Source: Macrostomum lignano (taxonomy: Eukaryota). From it: DNA of 64,000 nt. Both the position numbers and the translations under genes were made by a program. Positions 39,843 to 51,330 of this stretch are shown here, in pieces. Below the pieces are notes generated by a model. That model did not search any database, was not told the DNA's origin, and worked only from the letters and a program-made list of their open reading frames with translations. The stretch's first letter is position 1. Each line of letters opens with the position of its first letter. Where the stretch lies: assembly GCA_002269645.1 (NCBI GenBank), contig NIVC01000151.1, positions 310,001-374,000 of the forward strand. The letters are read 5' to 3'.

Positions 39843-42800
39843 ATGCTGCGAGACGAATTTGTCGATGAGGTCGCCGCTGCTGTTGGCGGTCTGTGTGACC
39901 ATCGTTGACATGGACGAGAAGCTGTGGCTGGTCAGGCGCTTCGATGACGCGGAGAGCGGGCAGACATAGTTGAAGGGAAAATATCCCTGCCGCTTCGATC
40001 TCTGATTGAAGCCGAACCAGATCTCCGGCTGCTGCTCATCAGGCTGCTGGACCTCCACGATGTCGCCGATCTCCAGGCGCAGCTGGTTGGGGTCAAATAT
40101 GTTGGGATTTCGCTCGTGAGCCACCCGCACCTCGAATGGGAAAGTTAGCTGGCGGAGGGCCTGGAATGAGTTGGGACAAATATCCTCAATTTAGGGAGCT
40201 TAATAATACTCGCAAGAGCGCTGTGAGCACCCTGGCGTAATGTTTTAGGCCCGGGGTCCCACACCCAGCACTGAGGCTACTCTGCCCATTCCACGCACTC
40301 CTGAGACTTGCGGCTCACCTGAAACTTGCTCTCGTCCGACTCGCTGACGGTCACCAGCGACAGGTAGATGGCCGGTACGAGTCCCGACTCGCCGCCGCGC
40401 CGCTTCACCACGTGCCACCAGTCGGGCTCCTCGGTGCCGTCAGCATAACGCAGAGTTCTTAGAAAATAGACGCAGTCACCGCGCCTCAGCGGCAGACTCT
40501 CTTTGGCGTCCTGGCGATTGGGCGGGGGGGGCGAGGCAGCTGGGAGAGCAGTCTAAACATGCATTCACGCATTTTACATTGCTATTCACACATTCTAAAC
40601 ATGCATTCACACATTTTACACTGCTCTTCAGACATTCTAAACATGCATTCACACATTTTACACTGCTATTCACGCATTCTAAACACGCATTCACACATTT
40701 TACACTGCTATTCACGCATTCTAAACAGGCATTCACACATTTTACACTACTATTCACACATTCTAAACATGCATTCACGCATTTTTTACTGCTATTCACG
40801 CATTCTAAACATGCATTCACATATTTTACACTGCTATTCACGCATTCTAACACGCATTCACGCATTTTACACTGCTATTCACGCATTCTAAACATACATT
40901 CACGCATTTTACACTGCTATTCACACATTCTAAACATGCATTCACGCATTTTACACTGATATTCACACATTCTAATAGCTATCGTGATTCACACATTCAA
41001 AGCAGTCCATTCACATATAATAATAGTGAGTCACAAAGCTCATTGCACTTCGCACACTTCGCGCGTTTTCACTTCTGAAAGCGTCATTTATAACAAATTC
41101 TGAATTCATATTTACTGCATTTTCGTAGCAACTTGCAAACGCGTAACTAATCACAAACATTATAAAAAAACTACTCACAAATTGGCCCACCTCACAGTGC
41201 CCTTATTCACACAGAATTCACCAGTTCAAACAGACACCCCATTCAAACAGAATTTATCTCATTCACAGAGAATTTACCCCATTCACAAAGAACTCACCCC
41301 ATTTGTTGTGTGTGGCTTGTGTGCACTAATATTTACTCTGGTAATTTCGTGTACATCTGTGTACTCTGGCCCCCACCCCTTCTATGTACAGTGAAGTTCT
41401 CAACAATATATATCGGTGTTTACCCAGTGTCTGGGTCTAAGAGTTTTCTCGCTCGCTCGCAAACATGACTTGGCATTTATCATAACATGGCGTCGCAAGT
41501 CTAAACTACCTATCCAGTCTGGCAAGCATGGAAGGATTGAGGCCGCCAGAGCCTATGGTTTTTGACACCAATAGGGCGGACAACTGGAGAAAGTGGATCA
41601 AATCGTTCGATTTCTATATGAAAGCTACGAAGAGAACTGAAGAAAACAACGATGTGAAGGTGGCCATTCTGCTAACCGCCCTCGGATCCGACGGTCAAGA
41701 TATCTACTCTACATTTCCTGCAGACAAAGTAGCTACGTACGACGAAGTAGTCGAGGCATTCAAAGACTACTGCGAGCCTCTGTCAAACGAAACATTTGAG
41801 CGCTACCAGCTCCGAACAAAAGTGAAGGAGAAGCTGAGGACTTTGATCAGTTTGTCAGCTCCCTCCGTCAGATCATCAAACGCTGCAATTACAGCAAGCC
41901 AGCTAACGAGGAGACCATCGAGAACAGTGTCCTTCGAGACCAGATCGTCATCGGAGTCAACGACCCAGCTCTGAGGTACCCTGGTGTAGGGAGTTGCAAA
42001 CCATTTGCCAAGTGCACCCAAGGGCACAACATGGTCGCTCCCACTTGCCGGCAAGCCGGACGAAAGCGGTTTGCATTGGAAGCTATCAAGCGGTCCAAAC
42101 CCTCCAAGGCCATCGGCCCTGATGGAATCTGCCCGCTCGTCATTAGGCACTTTGGTCCGAAGGCGAAGGCTGTGCTCCGTAACCTCTTCAATCGCTCAAT
42201 CGCTTACAATGAGATCCCGGCGGTCTGGAAGAAGTCCTTAATCTGTCCCCTTCTGAAGGATGGTAAACCGCAGGACGATGGTGCGTCGTATCGCCCTATC
42301 TCCTTTCTCTCGCCGCTCGTCAAAATTCTGGAGAAGATCCTGCTTCCGCTACTGACTGACCACCTTCAGCTCCCGGCCTGGCAACATGGCTTTCGCCCGC
42401 ACCACTCCACCGTGACCGCCCTCTGCCAACTGGTTGAGCAGATCTGCTCAGGTTTTTGTTTGCCAAAACCTCCGGCCAGGACCGGCGTTAGCGCGATCGA
42501 CCTTCGGATGGCATTCGACTGCGTTGACCACTACGAATTACTCTCTGATCTCGCCGAGTCTGATCTTCCTAACACTGTTAAGGCCTGGCTTGCCAACTAT
42601 ATTCTTGGACGTCAAGCACGGACCGTCATGCGAGACTTTAAGTCGAAGTGGCGGCAGGTTCGCATGGGAGTTCCACAGGGCAGCGCCATCAGCCCGCTTC
42701 TTTTTGCCTTTTACTTGGCTAAAGCTCCTGTGCCATCCAATCCGGCCACTAAACTAATTGGTTACGCTGACGATCTTACCGTTGCCGCTTCATCCCCAAA

Positions 42801-45800
42801 CTGTAATTCTATTGAACAACAACTGAACAGCTATCTCGCTGACCTTGCTCCGTTCCTTGAGTCGCGCAAGCTCCAAATTTCTACATCAAAGTGCTCCTCC
42901 ACTCTGTTCAGTCCGGATCAGCGCGAGTACTCTCGCCAACTGAACGTGTCCATCAACGGCTTACTACTACCGCAAGCCCTCTATCCGAAAATTCTTGGTG
43001 TGACTTTCGACCCTAAGCTCTCCTTCGCTAGACACGTTACCATTCTTGCGGAAAAAACCCGGAAAAGGAACTGCCTGCTACGTTGTCTCGCCGGCTCCTC
43101 CTGGGGCTGCTGCAAGGAACTTTTGCTGACCACCTTCAAAGCGTTAGGCAGAAGCCTGCTCGACTATGCTGCTCCGGTCTGGGGCCCTATCATCTCCAAC
43201 TCGTCCTGGACGCGGCTGCAATCGGTCCAGAATGCAGCGATTCGCGGCATCACCGGCTGCACTGCCCTTACCTCTGAAGCGGATCTTCATAGTGAAGTCC
43301 AGCTGCTTACCGTCCGCCAGCACAACCGACTTCTTTCGCTCCAGTTCAAGCTCCGCGCTAGACGCCCTGAACTCCCTTGTCACCACCTTTCTGGCCTTCC
43401 GCCGCCGCGCAGACTCATGAAAGCCTCCATCTTCACGGCTGAACACTTCAATGCTGATTGGACGCCGGTTCCGGTCCCGGACGTCCTTGACGCTGCTGCC
43501 TGGGATCGCGCCAGGCGGGCCCAGCACACGCAGGCAGTACAGGCCATGCTGGACAGCCTGCCACAGAACCGTGTTATTCAAACACAACGGCCAGCGATCC
43601 ATCGCTCCGAAACTTGCCTCCCCCGCCGCATGCGGTGCATACTGGCGCAGCTCCGCTCCGGTTTCTGCCCGCTTCTCCGGGATTTTCAGTCGAGAATCAA
43701 ACCAGGCGTCGCCGCGGTCTGTCTTGATTGCGGTCTGGAGCCCCAAACGGTGGTCCATCTCTTCGACTGCCCTGCCTATCCGACGCCGCTCTGCCCTAGT
43801 GACCTTTGGAACAACCCGATTGAGACGTCTACCTTCCTGGAGTCGACCTTCCTCGGCGGACTGGGACCCGAGCCGTAGGTTAATACACACACACACTCAG
43901 CTCTGAGGGAAAGATTTCTGCGAGAGACGAAGCTGACTTTGGATCGCGCCATCCAGATGGGTCGAGCATCCGAGACTTCGAAGCGGCAGGCTCGGACCCT
44001 GGCCACTGCGCAGATCAGCCGAGCAGCGCCTGCAGCCGTGCCAGCGTCTGTCGATGCAGTGCAAAACCGAGCCAAAGCGACAGTCAGCCACGCCAGATCG
44101 GCTCGGAGCTGCGGATTCTGCGGACAGCAACATGAGCGGCGCAAGTGCCCGGCCTACGGTAAGACCTGCAATAATTGTGGTCGCACAAATCATTTTTCGT
44201 CCGTGTGCCGCTCAGCGAAGGTCAACGAGCTGGTGGAGGACTCCAAGGCTGACTGTGCCAGCGATGCTCCGGCAGCAGCTATCATGACGGTTGAGAAGCC
44301 GAGTGCTCGCCAGCCCAAGTTGCAAACAGATGTCTCGTCAATGATGGTCTGCCTGTCAGTCACGGACTCCGGAAGAAAGCTGCACTTCAAGGTAGACACT
44401 GGGGCGGATGTTAATGTGATTCGTCTGAGACAGCTGATCCAGCTCGCCCCAGCAGCAGCAATTGAGCCTACGTCCTGGACACTGACCACCTACAATAAGC
44501 AGCTGTTGGACGTGGTCGGCACCACGTACTTGACAGTGTCATCGCCCTGCCGTAAGAATGTCAGACTTCAGTTTGTAGTCATTGGCGAGAGCTCTACACC
44601 GATTATCGGCTGGAAATCAGCAATTGAGGAGCTTCAATTAGTCAAGAAACTATTTGCTGTGCAGAGCCAGAACAGCAGCATTAGCAAAGTGCAAAAACAG
44701 CAGGTGTCAGAACTCACAGCCTCTAAGGTGAAAGCCGCATACACTGAAGTACTCAACGGTGTTGGCTGCATGAAGCAACCGTACACCATCCGGCTTGCTG
44801 ACAACGCCGCGCCAAAAGTGCAGCCTCCTCGCAAGGTGCCGTTCGCTGCGTATCAACCACTCAAATGTGAGCTCGAAAGACTGGAGAAAGAAGGCACCAT
44901 TTTGCGAGTTGATGAGCCGACACAATGGGTCTCTAATGTGGCCTCGTCTGGAAGAAGGACGGATCCATGCGGCTGTGCCTGGATCCGACATACCTGAATA
45001 GGTTCATAGTTCGTGAGTACCATCCCATTCCGACTGCCGAGGAGGTGCGAGCTGCGACTGCTGGAGCCATCCTGTACAGCTCATTCGACGCGAACGAGAG
45101 CTTTCATCAGCTGAAACTCGACGACGAAAGTTCTTACCTGACGACATTCCACACTCCGTTTGGCCGGTATCGCTGGAAGCGCGTGCCGTACGGTCTCTCG
45201 TCTATCCCGGAGGTCTTCCAGAAAAGAATGGAAGAGAACGTCACCAACCACGTGAAGAACACCAAAAATTTCTTTGACGACATCATCGTTTGGGGCAAGA
45301 CTATCGAGGAGCATGATCAGGCAGTGCGAGAGCTCCTGGAGCAGTGCAAGCGAGCCAAGGTGACGCTGAATCTACAGAAGATGCGAGTTGGCGTCCAAGA
45401 ACTCAACTACCTGGGAGATGTGCTGAGCTCTGAAGGATTGCGTGCAGACCCGATGAAAGTCAAAGCTATCAAGGAGATGATGAGGGCAAATGACATCGAA
45501 GGAGCAGCTTCGCAGATTTCTCGGCTGCGTCACGTATCTGGCTAAGTTTTGTCCACATCTGTCCTCCACTGCAGAGCCCCTTAGACATCTGCTAAAGAAG
45601 GAAGTTATCTGAAGTTGGACGCATCAGCATGATGAGGCGTACGATGCAATCATCAATGAGCTCTGCTCAGACAGAGTGTTGGTCACATTCGATGTCACCA
45701 AGCCAGTCACTGTGTCTGTAGATGCCAGTAAGAGCGGCATTGGGGCTGTGCTGCTCCAAGAGGATCGTCCGGTTGAGTTTGCATCGTCGGCCATGACAAG

Positions 45801-48800
45801 TGCTCAACAGTCTTATGCCCAAATTGAGAAGGAGCTCCTAGCAATTGTCTACGGCTGTAAGAAATTTCACCGCTTCCTCTGGGGCCGCACTTTCCATGTT
45901 CAGAGCGACCACAAGCCGCTAGAGGCCATCTTTAAGAAGCAGCTCTGTGACACCACGCCGCGGATCCAGCGTCTATTGCTTCAGCTGCAGCCGTACGACA
46001 TCTGGGTGAGGTACACCCCAGGAAAGGAGTTGTACGTTGCCGACACGCTGAGCCGAGCTCATGGACGGACAGACAGCTTGACACTTTTGCTGGAGGAAGC
46101 TTTAGACGGACAAGTGTTGGCTGTAGAGCGGTGCTTCAGTGGTGACCGTGAGATCCTGGACATGATCAAGAAGGCTACGACAGCAGATCAGACAAGTCAG
46201 CGTCTACAGAGCGTCATTCTAGCCGGCTGGCCAGAGCAAAGAGCGCGGTTGCCTGAAGATTTGAAGGCCTTTTGGGACCTTCGGCACGATCTGACTCTCG
46301 TATCAGGTCTGCTGTGTTTGAAAGACCGCATCTACGTTCCAGCTGGCAGTGCCAGAAGCTCCATCCTCAGCATCCTGCACGCCGGACACCCTGGTATCAT
46401 CAAGATGGACCTTAAAGCCAAAGACTACTTCTACTGGCCAGGAATGCGCAACTGCATCGAGCGGACTGTCAGCCAGTGCGAGGCATGTCAGCGGAACATG
46501 AAGGCGCAGTCGAAGGAGACTCTGATGACCGTTGAAATGCCTGAGTTCCCGTTTCAAGTTTGCTCTACCGACCTGTTCGAGTACCGCGGTGCAACCTATC
46601 TGGTGTACGTAGACGCCTACAGCCACTGGATGAGCGTCACCCGACTGCGCTCGACGACCAGCAACGCCGTGGTGCAGGTGCTCCAAGACCATTTCCAGAA
46701 CTTTGGTGTGCCTGAGAAGCTCATCAGTGATAACGGTCCGCAGTTCTCGGCCGGGGAATTCCGCCAGTTCATCAAAAGATTTCAAGTGGAGCACCGCACT
46801 TCGAGTCCAACCTACCCGCAGTCGAACGGCAGAGCAGAGCGATATGTGCAGACAGCCAAGAATATGATGAAGAAGTGTCAGGAGACGGGTCAGAGCCTGG
46901 CCATGGACCTTCTGCACTATCGAAACACGCCAGTCGGTAGCGGCTTTCCAAGTCCCGCAGAGATGGCGTTCGGCCGCAAACCCCGGTGCAATTTGCCTAC
47001 AGCGGTGCAGGATCTGCGGCCTCGGGAGACCCACGTGCACGCCAGCATTGAAGCCTTTGAGAAGCAACGGACCCAAGCAGCTCAACTCTACAATCGCGGT
47101 GCCCGCCCACTGCAACGCTTAAAGATCGGCGAACCGGTCTGGCTTCAATGCGGTCGTCGAGATTGGGCGGCTGTCGAGGTAGACAACGAAGTTGACGGCA
47201 GTCCAAGGTCCTACTGGCTTCGCACCAAGTCGGGACAGCTGCTCCGGCGCAATCGGCGGTTCATCCGGTCTCGTCAGATTGGCGTTCCGTTCCATGAGAG
47301 CTACCCGGAGGTCGGCGAGGATGGCGAGATGGAAGCGAGCACCTGAAGATGGAAGGCACCTGAGCAGCCGGAACCTGAGCAGCCGGCACCTGTGCAGCCG
47401 GCACCTGAGCAGCCGGCACCTGAGCAGCCGGCACCTGTGCAGCCGGCACCTGTGCAGCCGGCACCTGAGCAGCCGGTACCTGTGCAGCCGGCACCTGTGC
47501 AGCCGGCACCTGTGCAGCCTGACCAGACAGAGAGCTCCGGTTCGGAACAGCCTGGATGCCGCACCAGACGAGGTCGACTCGTACAACAGCCAAAGCGGTA
47601 CCAGGCCTCGTGGTGAACCAACAAAGTGAACTGATAATTGATTGCGATTGACTGTAGTGACTGTAATGGCGTATTGGCCCCTATACTATAAATGCGAGAA
47701 AATTTATTGTTGGTATATTCCTTGTTTTATTCCTTGCTTTGCTACAAATATTTAAATGTTATCTCGTGCGACTTTGCAATGCAAGAACGAATATTTTGTT
47801 TTTATTTCCGTTACATTTACTCTCCGAACTCGTGGGATTATCGTTAACTAATGTTGGGAGGTGTTGTGTGTGGCTTGTGTGCACTAATATTTACTCTGGT
47901 AATTTCGTGTACATCTTTGTACTCTGGCCCCCACCCCTTCTATGTACAGTGAAGTTCTCAACAATATATATCGGTGTTTACCCAGTGTCTGGGTCTAAGA
48001 GTTTTCTCGCTCGCTCGCAAACATGACTTGGCATTTATCATAACACCATTCACACAGAACTCACCACATTCACACAGAACTCAACTCATTCACACAGAAC
48101 TCACCCCATTCACACAGAGCTCACCCCATTTACACAGAACTCAACCCATTCACACAGAACTCACCCCATTCACACAGAACTCACCCCATTCATACAGAAC
48201 TCAACCAATTCACACAGAACTCACCCCATTCACACAGAACTCAATCATTCACACAGAACTCAGCCCGCCCTGCACAGTATAGCTTCAACTCACGGGATCG
48301 CTCGGGTCCACTTTAAAGTCGAACTTGGCTCGGTACATGGGCTTGGCAGCCTGAGAGGTGCAAAATTATCAGAAACCGTAAGAGAAACAGGCAGGTGGCT
48401 GGTTGCATTTGGCTACTGCAATTTGGCCTGAATAGCGCGGACAAAACACACAAGCCGCCAATTCTGTGAATTTGTTCTCAGGCATTTGCCCTTCGACTGG
48501 CCTTGGCAGTGAAGCTGGCCACTGAATTCAAACCGGCTATTATATACTATCTCCCCCTCTACTATATACTATCTCCCCCTCTACTATATACTATCTCCCC
48601 CTCTACTATATACTATCTCCCCATCTACTATATACTATCTCCCCCTCTACTATATACTATCTCCACCTCTACTATATACTATCTCCCCCTCTACTATATA
48701 CTATCTCCCCCTCTACTATATACTATCTCCCCATCTACTATATACTATCTCCCCCTCTACTATATACTATCTCCACCTCTACTATATACTATCTCCCCCT

Positions 48801-50539
48801 CTACTATATACTATCTCCCCTCTACTATATACTATCTCCCCCTCTACTATATACTATCTCCCCCTCTACTATATACTATCTCCCCATCTACTATATACTA
48901 TCTCCCCATCTACTATATACTATCTCCCCCTCTACTATATACTATATCCCCCTCTACTATATACTATCTCCCCCTCTACTATATACTATCTCCCCCTCTA
49001 CTATATACTATCTCCCCCCGACCCCCCTACTATAATATATACTATCTCCCCCTCTACTATATACTATCTCCCCCTCTATTATATACTATCTCCCCCTCTA
49101 CTATATACTATCTCCCCCTCTACTATATACTATCTCCCCCCGACCCCCCTACTATAATATATACTATCTCCCCCTCTACTATATACTATCTCCCCCTCTA
49201 TTATATACTATCTCCACCTCTACTATATACTATCTCCCCCTCTATTATATACTATCTCCCCCCTACTATAATATATACTATCTCCCCTCTAAAATATACT
49301 ATCCCCCCTCTACTATACTATCCCACTATCCCGCTCCCCCCTCTACTATCTCACTATTCCCCTCTACTATACCACTATCCCTTTCTTCTACTATCTCCCC
49401 TCCCTCTACTATCCCCCTCTGCTTTTCCCTCTACTATCCCCATCTTACTATCTCCCCTCTGCTATATCCTCTACTATCCCCCTCTTACTATCTCCCCTAT
49501 CTCTACTATCTGCAGACAGGCCAAGTTGATACAAATAGATAACAGCCGACTTCTAAATGTTTCCAAAAAATGATTATGCGCGCTATGCCAGCCCTCGCCC
49601 AGAGTCAGGATGATGAGCTGAAGTACTATGAAGTACGAGCGTACACTGTACTGTAAATGAGCAGACAGAGCAGAACTCACGGGCACGGTGAGCACTGAGT
49701 CGGCCAGCTTGGTGTTTTTATAGAAATCGATTAGCTGAGTCATTGAGTAGAACTCGTTGATGCCGATCTTGAGCTTGTAGCCGTCGTGGGCCACCCGCTT
49801 TGAGGCCACGATTTTGTAGTGGTTGGCCTTGTCCTTGTCGCTGCGGGGCGGTTGGGCTGCCAGTGAGCTGGGGTCTGGCATCACAGGGCCTCCTGCTTGG
49901 AACACTGTGAGCTGGGGTCTGGCATCACAGGGTCTCCTGCTTGGAACACTGTGAGCTGGGGTCTGGCATCACAGGGTCTCCTGCTTGGAACACTGATCGC
50001 TCCTGATGACAGACAAATAGCAGTACTAAGACCCAGGACTGAGTTTATCAGATATTCACCTTGTAGTACCATGACCCATCCATGACCCACTTGACTGGGA
50101 GTCTGGCCCACTAGACCTATGCGTACCATGACCCACTTGACCGCGAGTCTCTGACCCATTAAACAGCGAGTCTCTGACCCACTAAACAGCGAGTCCCTGA
50201 CCCACTAAACAGCGAGTCCCTGACCCACTAAACAGTGAGTCTCTGACCCACTAAACAGTGATTCTCTGACCCACTAGACGGTGAGGCTCTGACCCACTAA
50301 ACAGTGATTCTCTGACCCACTAGACGGTGAGGCTCTGACCCACTAGACAGTGAGTCTCTGACTCACAAAAGCGTAAGTGTTTGACCCACCCTGACCCATG
50401 CAGTCCCTGAGCAGCTCACCGAACGCTGAGAGCGAATCCGCCAGGCTGAGACAGGCTGGCCCGGATGAGGAAGACACCGACAGACTCCTTGAGGAGGATT
50501 TCATTTGCCCGGTCGCGAGACATGGAGCCAAAAAACCAG
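39840..50539 (-). CDS. crk: Crk/CrkL-like adaptor (SH2-SH3-SH3); first coding exon not located
   Basis: Exons 50420-50539 (WFFGSMSRDRANEILLKESVGVFLIRAS..FALSVR), 49681-49840 (NHYKI..IGINEFYSMTQLIDFYK), 48294-48350 (YRAKFDF), 40319-40510 (LPLRRGD..PDWW..GLVPAIY) and 39840-40160 (RNPNIFDPNQLRLEIGDIV..GYFPFNYV). Phases are consistent. The C-terminal SH3 matches the Crk RVPNAYDKTALALEVG..FPF pattern. Confidence 0.87.
40552..40975. repeat. 42-bp intronic minisatellite (CATTCTAAACATGCATTCACACATTTTACACTGCTATTCACG)n
   Basis: Direct observation. Confidence 0.95.
41304..48045 (+). mobile_element. Full-length Ty3/Gypsy LTR retrotransposon in a Crk intron (antisense)
   Basis: 184-bp LTRs at 41304-41487 and 47862-48045 (TGT..ACA; one mismatch seen). 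5-bp TSD CCATT. PBS TGGCGTCGCAAG at 41488; PPT TTGGGAGG. Gag from 41528 with a CCHC knuckle, protease DTGAD, RT FFDD, RNase H DAS..GAVLLQ, then integrase with H2C2 and DDE. Several frameshifts. Confidence 0.97.
41977..43897 (+). mobile_element. 5'-truncated non-LTR retrotransposon (RT plus C-terminal CCHC) inserted in Gypsy gag
   Basis: ORF 42031-43878 has PSKAIGPDG, QHGFRP, GVPQGS, YADD and a C-terminal CLDC..HLFDC. (CA)n tail. 11-bp TSD CAGCTCTGAGG at 41966-41976 and 43898-43908. Removing it restores gag ..IGVNDPALRERFLRETKLTLDRAI.. Confidence 0.95.
48046..48262. repeat. 20-bp minisatellite (CACAGAACTCACCCCATTCA)n, split by the Gypsy insertion (other part about 41205-41303)
   Basis: The same unit lies on both sides of the LTR element. 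Confidence 0.92.
48540..49510. repeat. 22-bp minisatellite (CTATATACTATCTCCCCCTCTA)n
   Basis: Direct observation; Crk intron. Confidence 0.95.
49865..50360. repeat. Two short intronic tandem arrays (44-bp x3 and about 24-bp TCTCTGACCCACTAAACAGCGAG-type)
   Basis: Arrays at about 49865-49995 and 50150-50360. Confidence 0.85.
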
Positions 50540-50984
50540 CTGGTTTTTCAAAAGAGAAATGCAGGTTTTACAGTTAGAAAATACTACTAATACTTACTAA
50601 TAATACTACTAATTTAAGCTAGCCATGAAATTATGAAGAATTTTGTATAGAATTATACGCGTAATTAAGTCCAGAGATGAACCCGTTTAGAATTTAAAAT
50701 ATACTGCGGATTAAACTTTATGTACCTTAGTACCTAGGTATTATTATTTATAGTTTTGGAAAAAAAGTTTAAGAAATCTTTTAAGTTCAAATTCATAGTG
50801 AAGTGAATACCAGCCATCAGGGAGCAACAAAGAAAGAATTTTTTAAATAAACTATGTAGGTTTTGACCTTGAACAGACGCTGATGTTAATAATTTCCTAA
50901 GGCTTGTTAATGCCACAGGATTTCGGAAATTCCCCTTTTCTATAACGCTTGACACCAGACTGATTTTTTCTCCATGAGGTGCAA

Positions 50985-51330
50985 CATTTCAGCAATGCAC
51001 ACGAGTCCCTACATCTCAGCAACTTATCCATGTACCAAAGCATTTCAGCAATGCACGCGAGTCCCTACATCTCAGCAACTTATCCATGTACCAAAGCATT
51101 TCAGCAATGCACGCAAGTCCCTACATCTCAGCAACTCATCCATGTACCAAAGCATTTCAGCAATGCACACGAGTCCCTACATCTCAGCAACTCATCCATG
51201 TACCAAAGCATTTCAGCAATGCACGCAAGTCCCTACATCTCAGCAACTCATCCATGTACCAAAGCATTTCAGCAATGCACACGAGTCCCTACATCTCAGC
51301 AACTCATCCATGTACCAAAGCATTTCAGTA
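50985..51330. repeat. 56-bp minisatellite, about 6 copies
   Basis: Unit TTTCAGCAATGCACACGAGTCCCTACATCTCAGCAACTCATCCATGTACCAAAGCA. Confidence 0.95.
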
